In this document: piece after piece, positions 56,990-64,000 of the stretch
Layout: each line of letters opens with the position of its first letter
Position numbering within the stretch: position 1 is the stretch's first letter
Assembly: GCA_024405515.1 (NCBI GenBank)
Contig: JAKSOR010000001.1
Span: 24,235 to 88,234, forward strand
Direction: 5' to 3'
DNA length: 64,000 nt
Source: Clostridia bacterium
GTDB lineage: Bacteria; Bacillota; Clostridia; Christensenellales; CAG-917
Notes under the pieces: model-generated
The model's database searches: none
What the model was told of the DNA's origin: nothing
The model's input: only the letters and a program-made list of their open reading frames with translations
Made by a program: the position numbers and the translations under genes

Positions 56990-57181
56990 ATGGAAAATCC
57001 TGTATCAGCAATCTGTAAAATGATGGATCTTCAGGATAATACGAACCTTCTTGCGCTTGTAAAGTTGGACAAAGATAATTACAAAAGAACGGTAGACTAT
57101 ATAGGGTATATGTTTGTCATAAACCGCTCGTATCAGTTTATTGAAAATGCAGATGCTTACAGGCAGTCTTTTTCTAAATAA
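56990..57181 (+). CDS. Small hypothetical ORF (63 aa), possibly a gene remnant
   Basis: No convincing SD. The frame stays open upstream to about 56927. AT-rich spacer region. Confidence 0.25.
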   Translation: MENPVSAICKMMDLQDNTNLLALVKLDKDNYKRTVDYIGYMFVINRSYQFIENADAYRQSFSK

Positions 57182-57279
57182 GAGATTATAGTTTTGAAAA
57201 CTGTGCTTTGAAAGGTTATAATAATGTTGTAATCATAAAGTGGTACACTTTATAAAAGAATATTCAGGAGAAGTGCAGT

Positions 57280-57663
57280 ATGTCTTTAGTTAAAGGTTTG
57301 GATCATATAGCCCTTAAATGCAATAGCAAAGAACAATATGAAAAAGCAATTCATTTTTATAAGGATGTTCTTGGATTTGAGGCAGAAAGAAGCTGGGAAG
57401 TTGCAACAGTGTTTAACACAGGTTCCGGTCTAATTGAAATTTTTAACAATGCGGAAGATAAACTTCCACAGGGGGCAATCCGCCATTTTGCACTGGCTAC
57501 TGACGATGTGGACAAATGTGCAGAAATATGTTCTGAAGCAGGATATGAAATCAGCGTACAGCCTAAAGATATTATTCTTAATTCAGTCCCTAAGTTTTCG
57601 GCAAGAATAGCATTCTGCATAGGCCCTGTCGGGGAAGAGATAGAGTTTATTCAGGCAAAATAA
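57280..57663 (+). CDS. VOC/glyoxalase I family protein
   Basis: 127 aa; GLDHIALKC N-terminus; paired beta-alpha-beta-beta-beta pattern. Confidence 0.7.
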   Translation: MSLVKGLDHIALKCNSKEQYEKAIHFYKDVLGFEAERSWEVATVFNTGSGLIEIFNNAEDKLPQGAIRHFALATDDVDKCAEICSEAGYEISVQPKDIILNSVPKFSARIAFCIGPVGEEIEFIQAK

Positions 57664-57680
57664 TAAAAGGAGAGATTGCT

Positions 57681-58859
57681 ATGCCTAAGCTCAGTGACAG
57701 AGTAGGAACATTTACGGATTCCGTAATAAGAAGAATGACGCGTATCAGTAATGAATACGGCGCCATTAATTTGTCTCAGGGTTTTCCGGACTTTGATCCT
57801 CCTAAGGAAATGCTGGATGCACTTGCTAAAGCAGCATATGACGGACCTCATCAGTATTCTGTGACATTTGGTGCTAAAAACTTCAGGGATGCACTTGCAA
57901 AAAAAGTATCAAAGACTATAAAAAGAACGATTAATCCGGATACTGAGCTTTGTATTACATGCGGCGGAACGGAAGCCATGATGGCAGCTATGATGACAAT
58001 CTGTAATCCTGGCGACAAAGTGATGGTGTTTTCTCCATTTTATGAAAATTACGGAGCAGATACAATTCTGTCAGGGGCAGACCCGATATATATTCCTTTA
58101 GTCCCTCCGGAATATGATTTTGATATTACTCTTATTGAAGGTGGATTCAGAAAAGGTGCAAAAGCAATTATTATTTGCAATCCTTCCAATCCGTGCGGTA
58201 AGGTCTTTACAAGGGAAGAACTCAGCGAAATAGGGGAACTTGCTTTAAAGTATGATGCTTTTGTCGTAACGGATGAAGTATATGAGCATCTAGTATATGC
58301 CCCGAATGTGCATACTGCTGTTGCCTCTCTTCCTGGCATGTTTGAGCATACAATTACATGCAGTTCTCTTTCCAAAACATATTCAATTACAGGGTGGAGA
58401 CTTGGATATCTGTGCGGCCCGGACTGGGTAATTGAGGGAGCAAGAAAAGTTCACGATTTTCTGACAGTAGGAGCAGCAGCACCTCTTCAGGAAGCAGCAG
58501 TTGTAGGTCTTAATTTCGGTGATGAATATTACACTAAGCTTCTTGAAACATATACGCAGAAAAGAAATTATTTCCTTGAAGGTCTTGACAGAATAGGTCT
58601 TAAACATAATGTCCCGCAGGGAACATATTTTGTAATGCTTGATATATCTGATTTTCTCAGACTTGATCAGTTCAGGGAAATGTCGGACCTTGAGTTCTGT
58701 GAATGGATGATTAAAAATATCGGTGTTGCGGCGGTGCCTGGGTCAAGTTTTTTCCGTGAACCTGTAAATAATCTTATTAGACTGCATTTTGCAAGACAGC
58801 AGAGCACTCTTGAAGAGGCCCTGAAGCGCCTTGAAAAGATGGCGGATTTACTTAAATAA
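57681..58859 (+). CDS. Class I/II PLP-dependent aminotransferase
   Basis: 392 aa; PLP-lysine motif SLSKTYSITGWRLGY. Confidence 0.85.
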   Translation: MPKLSDRVGTFTDSVIRRMTRISNEYGAINLSQGFPDFDPPKEMLDALAKAAYDGPHQYSVTFGAKNFRDALAKKVSKTIKRTINPDTELCITCGGTEAMMAAMMTICNPGDKVMVFSPFYENYGADTILSGADPIYIPLVPPEYDFDITLIEGGFRKGAKAIIICNPSNPCGKVFTREELSEIGELALKYDAFVVTDEVYEHLVYAPNVHTAVASLPGMFEHTITCSSLSKTYSITGWRLGYLCGPDWVIEGARKVHDFLTVGAAAPLQEAAVVGLNFGDEYYTKLLETYTQKRNYFLEGLDRIGLKHNVPQGTYFVMLDISDFLRLDQFREMSDLEFCEWMIKNIGVAAVPGSSFFREPVNNLIRLHFARQQSTLEEALKRLEKMADLLK

Positions 58860-58860
58860 A

Positions 58861-59346
58861 ATGATATCAGTTAGAACGGCGACGATTAATGATCTTGATG
58901 CAATAGCAGCTGTTGAGGCTGAGTGCTTTCCTTCTTCCGAAGCTGCTACAAAAGAATGCTTTTTAGAGCGTCTTAAATATTATCCTGACTGTTTCTGGCT
59001 TATGTTTGATGAGGACAGACTTATATCATTTGTGGACGGATTTGCAACTGATGACAAAGACCTTGCAGATGAAATGTATGATAATGCAGGTATGCACAAA
59101 GCAGACGGAGAATGGCAGATGATATTTGGAGTGAATACAATTCCTTCCTGCAGGCACAGAGGGTGCGCAGGGCTGTTAATAAAAATGGTTATTGAAGATG
59201 CAAAAGACAACAAAAGAAAAGGAGTTGTTCTGACCTGTAAGGAAAAACTTATTCCGTACTATTCAAAGTTTGGCTTTGAAAACGAAGGGATATCTTCTTC
59301 TGTGCACGGGAATGCTGTCTGGTATCAGATGAGACTGACTTTTTAA
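58861..59346 (+). CDS. GNAT family N-acetyltransferase
   Basis: Start chosen at ATG 58861, right after the aminotransferase stop. CoA-binding-like RHRGCAGLL motif. Confidence 0.7.
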   Translation: MISVRTATINDLDAIAAVEAECFPSSEAATKECFLERLKYYPDCFWLMFDEDRLISFVDGFATDDKDLADEMYDNAGMHKADGEWQMIFGVNTIPSCRHRGCAGLLIKMVIEDAKDNKRKGVVLTCKEKLIPYYSKFGFENEGISSSVHGNAVWYQMRLTF

Positions 59347-59366
59347 GTAATAACGAGAGGAAACAA

Positions 59367-59837
59367 ATGGAATTAATGAACCCGATGATTGTAGTTAAAG
59401 ATATTAATAAATCAGTAGATTTTTATCAAAAAGTTTTGGAACTTAATGTTATTCTGGATTTCGGTGCAAATAAGACATTAACAGGTGGGCTGGTTCTTCA
59501 GACATCTGACACCTATATGGACTTTATCGGTAAAGACATTTCTTTTGGCGGTAATGATGCCGAGATCTATTTTGAGGAAGATGACTTTGACAGTTTTATA
59601 GAAAAAATCAAAGAAATTGATATTGATTATGTTCATCCTGTAAAAGAACATTCCTGGGGGCAGAGAGTGGTCCGCTTTTATGACCCAGATAAGCACATTA
59701 TTGAAGTCGGTGAAAACATGAAAACAGTGTGCAGAAGATTTATAGACAGCGGCATGACTTATGAAGAGACAGCAAAGCGTATGGATGTTCCTCTTGGTTT
59801 TGTCAAAGATGCTGTAATGAATTTAAAGGGCAATTAA
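59367..59837 (+). CDS. VOC/glyoxalase-bleomycin resistance family protein
   Basis: 156 aa; VVKDINKSVDFYQKVL N-terminus; RVVRFYDPDKHIIEV. Confidence 0.65.
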   Translation: MELMNPMIVVKDINKSVDFYQKVLELNVILDFGANKTLTGGLVLQTSDTYMDFIGKDISFGGNDAEIYFEEDDFDSFIEKIKEIDIDYVHPVKEHSWGQRVVRFYDPDKHIIEVGENMKTVCRRFIDSGMTYEETAKRMDVPLGFVKDAVMNLKGN

Positions 59838-59903
59838 GTATATCAATAATTTCTGAATGTGATATAATAAGTTAGTTATTATATCAGAGCGGAGGGATTA
59901 TAA

Positions 59904-60452
59904 ATGTCAGATTTATATGAAGTCAGTTACAAAGCTGCTAAAGAGCTCATTGAAACAGCAAAACTTGAAAAGGGAGCTGTTCTTGTGGTCGGATGCTCAA
60001 CAAGTGAAGTTTCCGGAGAAAAGATAGGTACTGCATCAAAACCTGAACTTGCAGAAGATGTCTTTATGGGAATATGGACAGCAGCAAAAGAAAAAGGTGT
60101 TTATCTTGCAGCTCAGTGCTGTGAGCATTTAAACCGTGCAATCATTATAGAAAAAGAACTTGCCAAAGAGTTAAGAATAGATATTGTTAACGTAGCCCCA
60201 CAGCCAAAAGCAGGCGGTTCATTTGCGACAAAAGCATATGAGCACTTTGAAAAACCTGTAGCTGTAGAACATATTAAGGCCGATGCAGGTATGGATATCG
60301 GAGATACCCTTATTGGTATGCATTTAAAGGATGTTGCAGTTCCTTGCAGAATTTCATATAAGAGCATCGGAGAAGCTCATCTTGTATGCGCAAGAACAAG
60401 ATGTAAATTTATCGGTGGCATCAGAGCTCACTATGATGAAACATTAGGCTGA
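59904..60452 (+). CDS. TIGR01440/UPF0340 (YwlG-like) family protein
   Basis: 182 aa; VVGCSTSEV...AAQCCEHLNRA motifs typical of the family. Confidence 0.7.
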   Translation: MSDLYEVSYKAAKELIETAKLEKGAVLVVGCSTSEVSGEKIGTASKPELAEDVFMGIWTAAKEKGVYLAAQCCEHLNRAIIIEKELAKELRIDIVNVAPQPKAGGSFATKAYEHFEKPVAVEHIKADAGMDIGDTLIGMHLKDVAVPCRISYKSIGEAHLVCARTRCKFIGGIRAHYDETLG

Positions 60453-60919
60453 TGAGAAGAGATGACAGGTTAGTAGATAATATAGATAGCATTTTCGATA
60501 TCCTTCAGCGCTGCGATACCATAAGTATCGGTTTGAACGGCGGAGGATATCCTTATATTATCCCTATGACTTTCGGGTGCGAACTCAATAACGGAAAAAT
60601 AACAGTGTATTTCCACAGTGCAGGCGCCGGAAGAAAATGGGATATATTAAATGAAGACCCGAGAGTATGCTGTGAAGGGCATCTTTATTATAAGACTGTA
60701 AAACTTGATGACGGCAGCATAACTGCTCAGTATGAGAGCGTGATAGGAACAGGGAAAGCAGTTCTTATTACAGACAAGGATGAAAAGATAAAGTCATTAA
60801 AGGTAATACTTGACCACTATAAGCAGAGCGGGTTCCCCGTGACAAGCTGCAAAGGGCTGTCTTTTGTGGAAGTGTTCAAGGTAGAACTCGATGAAGTAGC
60901 AGGAAAACGCAATTTTTAG
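60452..60919 (+). CDS. Pyridoxamine 5'-phosphate oxidase-like FMN-binding protein (Nim-type)
   Basis: 155 aa; MRRDDR start; YPYIIPMTF and YFHSAGAGRK motifs. Confidence 0.7.
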   Translation: MRRDDRLVDNIDSIFDILQRCDTISIGLNGGGYPYIIPMTFGCELNNGKITVYFHSAGAGRKWDILNEDPRVCCEGHLYYKTVKLDDGSITAQYESVIGTGKAVLITDKDEKIKSLKVILDHYKQSGFPVTSCKGLSFVEVFKVELDEVAGKRNF

Positions 60920-60926
60920 GAGATAT

Positions 60927-61478
60927 ATGGAATATAAACTTGTGGATGGGCGTCCTGAAAATTCGGACGGAAGAGAAGAAAAAGAAATGAAGGTTTATGA
61001 TCTTCTTGATTCACTTAACATCAGTTACCAGAGAATCGATCATGAAGAACTTATGACAATGGAACTCTGTGCAGAGGTAGATAAGGTTATAGATGCGCAT
61101 ATCTGTAAGAACCTTCTTTTAAGAAACACTCAGAAAACAAAGTTTTATCTTTTAATGATGCCGGGAGACAAAAAGTTTAAGACAAAAGAACTTTCAGCTC
61201 AGATTAATAGTGCAAGATTATCCTTTGCAGAACCTGAGTATATGGAGCAGTTTCTGAATATCAGACCTGGCTCACTTTCGGTTATGGGACTTATGAATGA
61301 TAAGAACAATGATGTCCAGCTTTTAATTGATGAGGATACTCTTGCAGCAGAATATGTAGGAGTTCATCCGACTGTCAACACAAGCAGCGTAAAACTTAAG
61401 GTCAAAGATCTTATTGAAAAGTTTTTGCCTGAAGTAAAGCATAATTATATTCCAGTCAAACTGATAGGGGAGGACTAA
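60927..61478 (+). CDS. YbaK/ProX-type aminoacyl-tRNA trans-editing domain protein
   Basis: 183 aa; CKNLLLRN...KFYLLMMPGDKKF pattern of prolyl-tRNA-synthetase-associated domain proteins. Confidence 0.65.
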   Translation: MEYKLVDGRPENSDGREEKEMKVYDLLDSLNISYQRIDHEELMTMELCAEVDKVIDAHICKNLLLRNTQKTKFYLLMMPGDKKFKTKELSAQINSARLSFAEPEYMEQFLNIRPGSLSVMGLMNDKNNDVQLLIDEDTLAAEYVGVHPTVNTSSVKLKVKDLIEKFLPEVKHNYIPVKLIGED

Positions 61479-61479
61479 A

Positions 61480-62784
61480 ATGAATTACACGCTTAAGAAC
61501 TGTGTCCTTTTGGACGGAACAAAAGATATGTTCCCTGTTAAAAATGCAACAGTATGGATTAAAGATGAAAAAATAGCAAAAATTGCTATCGGCGGTGCAG
61601 ATATGCCGGACAGCAAAGTCATAGACCTTAACGGAATGTATCTGATGCCTGGTCTTATCAACCTGCATGTACATATGGCTTCGTCAGGTATGGTTCCTGC
61701 AAAAAGCAAAAAACCTACTAACTATAAACTCATCACATCTTTTCTTAATATAAAACCAATCCGTGCAGTATATTTAAAGATTATGTCAGGTTTTGCAAAG
61801 CAAGAACTTTACAGCGGTGTAACAACACTCAGATCCGTCGGCGGTTTTCAGAATATGGACGGGGTTATAAGAGACAGAGTCAATAAGGGTAAAATAGAAG
61901 GACCGAGAATGCTTGTGGCAAATGCTGCGATATCAGTACCGGGCGGACATTTTGCAGGGTCTCTTGCAACAGAATCGGCATCAGTCGAGGAAGCCTGTAA
62001 TGATGTAAGAAAAATCATCGAGACAAAACCGGACCTTATCAAACTTATGATAACGGGCGGAGTAATGGATGCCAATGAGAAGGGTGAACCTGGGGCAATA
62101 AAAATGAGCAATGAAATGATAAAGGCAGTATGCGATATTGCTCACGAGAACGGACTTAAGGTGGCGGCCCACGTTGAGTGCTCCGAAGGCGTTAAGGCAG
62201 CTGTTGAGAACGGAGTTGACACAATTGAGCACGGTTCAAAAATTGATGATGCCATGATAGAAAAGTTTAAGGAAAGAAATGCTGCTATGGTATGTACAAT
62301 CTCTCCGGCTCTTCCTTATATCATTTTTGATTATGAAACAAATCACAGCAACGAAACAGCCAAACATAACAGTATCATAGTTTTAAACAACATAATTGAG
62401 GGGACAAAGTCCTGTTTGGTGAATGATATTAATGTCGGACTCGGAACAGATACAGGCTGTCCGTTTATAAGACACTATGACACATGGAGAGAACTTTTCT
62501 ACTTTAAAAAGTATATCGGAGTATCTTCTGAGTATACTTTATATACAGCAACTCTTAAGAATGCAGAGATTGCAGGAGTAGCGGATATAACTGGTTCAGT
62601 TGAAGTCGGAAAGTATGCAGATCTTATTGTTTCAAAGAATAATCCGCTTGAAAACTTTGAGAATTTAAGAAATCTTGAATACGTGTTTACCAAGGGCAGA
62701 ATGATAAAGAATCCTAAAATTAAAAAGAACAAAGTATCAGAGACAGAGCTTGATAAACATATGTACAAGGATGACAGATGGTAA
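61480..62784 (+). CDS. Metal-dependent amidohydrolase family protein
   Basis: 434 aa; HxH motif LINLHVHM; later AAHVE and EHG motifs. Confidence 0.75.
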   Translation: MNYTLKNCVLLDGTKDMFPVKNATVWIKDEKIAKIAIGGADMPDSKVIDLNGMYLMPGLINLHVHMASSGMVPAKSKKPTNYKLITSFLNIKPIRAVYLKIMSGFAKQELYSGVTTLRSVGGFQNMDGVIRDRVNKGKIEGPRMLVANAAISVPGGHFAGSLATESASVEEACNDVRKIIETKPDLIKLMITGGVMDANEKGEPGAIKMSNEMIKAVCDIAHENGLKVAAHVECSEGVKAAVENGVDTIEHGSKIDDAMIEKFKERNAAMVCTISPALPYIIFDYETNHSNETAKHNSIIVLNNIIEGTKSCLVNDINVGLGTDTGCPFIRHYDTWRELFYFKKYIGVSSEYTLYTATLKNAEIAGVADITGSVEVGKYADLIVSKNNPLENFENLRNLEYVFTKGRMIKNPKIKKNKVSETELDKHMYKDDRW

Positions 62785-63143
62785 TAGAAAAAATTGATGG
62801 TGTGTTCTCTATATGCAAGGTTGAAAACTTTTCCAAAATAAATATGGATGAGGATTTTCTGTTTACAGCAAAAACCGATGAGGAATACTCGGTTGTTATA
62901 AAGGGAACAAGAACACCAATAAACACAATTAAGTGTGACAGAAATTACAAAATGATGAGAATTCAGGGTGAACTGGATTTCTCACTTGTCGGGATTCTCT
63001 CAAAAATTACCGGGATTCTTGCAGATGTCGGTATACCTGTATTCGCTGTTTCGACATTTAATACGGATTATATCCTGGTTAAGGGAGAAAATTTTGAAAA
63101 AGCACTGGCATTTTTAAAAGATGCCGGTTATGAGATAAGGTGA
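62778..63143 (+). CDS. ACT-domain protein
   Basis: 121 aa; C-terminal ACT-like GILSKITGILADVGIPVFAVSTFNTDYILV. Confidence 0.55.
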   Translation: MVIEKIDGVFSICKVENFSKINMDEDFLFTAKTDEEYSVVIKGTRTPINTIKCDRNYKMMRIQGELDFSLVGILSKITGILADVGIPVFAVSTFNTDYILVKGENFEKALAFLKDAGYEIR

Positions 63144-63146
63144 ATT

Positions 63147-64000
63147 ATGAAAACACTTAGAGAACTTTATAAGATAGGAAAAGGCCCTTCAAGTTCCCAC
63201 ACAATGGGCCCTGAAAGAGCATGCAGACAGTTTAAAAAAGATACCCCGGAAGCAGATTTTTACAAAGTAATCCTTTACGGGTCTCTTTCAAAAACAGGAG
63301 AAGGACACGGCACGGACAGAGTAATTAAAGATACTTTGGCCCCTGTGAATACGGAAGTGGTATTTTCAGATGAAGAACTGAAAGATTTACATCCGAATAC
63401 AATGTATGCAATTGCTTATAAAGAAGGAACTGAAATAAAAAGAATAAGAGTCGAAAGTGTAGGCGGCGGTAACGTTGTTATAGATGGTGTTCCTGCTCTT
63501 ACGACCCCGAGTACTTATCCTGAAAATTCATTTGCAGAGATAAATCAGTTCTGTAAATGGAGACATATATCACTTGTTGATTATGTCGAAATGAATGAAG
63601 GCGAGGAAATATGGGACTTCCTTGAGGAAGTATGGTCTGTTATGAAGAATTCTGTGAATGAAGGCATAACAGCAACAGGAGTACTCCCGGGTGGCCTTCA
63701 TCTGGACAGAAAAGCCAGAATTCTGATGGAGTCTATTAAAGATGATGACACTGCTGAAATAAGAGAACTCAAGGAAGTATGTGCATATGCTTATGCAGTT
63801 GCTGAACAGAATGCAGACAATGGTACAATTGTAACAGCTCCGACCTGTGGCGCATGCGGTGTGGTTCCTGCCGTTCTCATGTATATGCAGAAAGAACACG
63901 GATATACAGATGATGATATTATAAAAGCTCTTGCTGCCGGAGGAATTTTCGGAAATCTTATTAGAAGAAATGCATCAATTTCAGGTGCAGAGTGCGGGTG
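63147..64000 (+). CDS. sdaA: L-serine ammonia-lyase (Fe-S dependent, fused beta-alpha form), 3' end outside window
   Basis: Not in the ORF track because there is no stop in the window. Hand translation gives MKTLRELYKIGKGPSSSHTMGP...TAPTCGACGVVPAV, open to the window end. Confidence 0.88.
   Translation, partial: MKTLRELYKIGKGPSSSHTMGPERACRQFKKDTPEADFYKVILYGSLSKTGEGHGTDRVIKDTLAPVNTEVVFSDEELKDLHPNTMYAIAYKEGTEIKRIRVESVGGGNVVIDGVPALTTPSTYPENSFAEINQFCKWRHISLVDYVEMNEGEEIWDFLEEVWSVMKNSVNEGITATGVLPGGLHLDRKARILMESIKDDDTAEIRELKEVCAYAYAVAEQNADNGTIVTAPTCGACGVVPAVLMYMQKEHGYTDDDIIKALAAGGIFGNLIRRNASISGAECG

Noticed and set aside
63570-63899. 109-aa minus-strand ORF near the window end.
   Set aside because: It is antisense to the clearly recognisable L-serine dehydratase frame, which is missing from the ORF track only because it has no stop in the window.
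1-64000. Scan for tRNA, rRNA, CRISPR repeats, IS elements or transposases, integrases, restriction-modification, toxin-antitoxin or other defence modules.
   Set aside because: None seen. The intergenic regions are short, and the only repeat longer than about 16 nt that I noticed is the 69-bp rbr duplication. A computational repeat or CM scan could still find things I missed by eye.

Overview
This is a 64-kb, almost fully coding chromosomal segment that looks Firmicutes/Clostridia-like. That assignment is an inference from reverse rubrerythrin, WhiA, PolC-independent DnaE context, a PPi-PFK and the gene order. Most genes are plus-strand housekeeping genes. In order: metK (5'-truncated), recD2, secA-prfB, tsaD, then the str operon (rpsL-rpsG-fusA-tuf) running straight into rpmG-secE-nusG-rplK-rplA-rplJ-rplL. 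Next come a Fur-family/rubrerythrin pair, a small low-GC accessory patch (about 17.3-21.7 kb), and a minus-strand rplI-methyltransferase-rsmI block. These are followed by a HAD phosphatase, a Na+/solute symporter and two ABC systems. The rest is rpmE-(DUF1385::prmC)-prfA, an HMGL-family synthase, thrC, trpS, a three-gene block of unknown function, uvrC, PHP-whiA-dnaE-pfkA-pfp, a run of small enzymes, and a 3'-truncated L-serine dehydratase. I found no rRNA, tRNA, CRISPR array, transposase, integrase or recognisable defence or toxin gene, and no clear-cut new multi-gene 'system'. The candidates most worth follow-up are: (1) a 69-bp direct duplication of the rubrerythrin 3' end bracketing a low-GC orphan cassette; (2) an unclassified terminator/antiterminator leader in front of a TM1266-like protein plus an NMT1-type ABC importer; (3) a translationally coupled triad of a YCGLC-motif protein, an HPD-less J-like/TPR protein with a poly-cysteine tail, and a membrane protein; (4) a DUF1385::PrmC fusion inside the rpmE-prfA cluster; (5) a duplicated-FtsX ABC exporter with a 592-aa orphan lipoprotein; (6) a long structured rpsL leader and an unusual ribosomal-operon order lacking rpoBC. 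All family assignments come from reading motifs by eye, with no database search.
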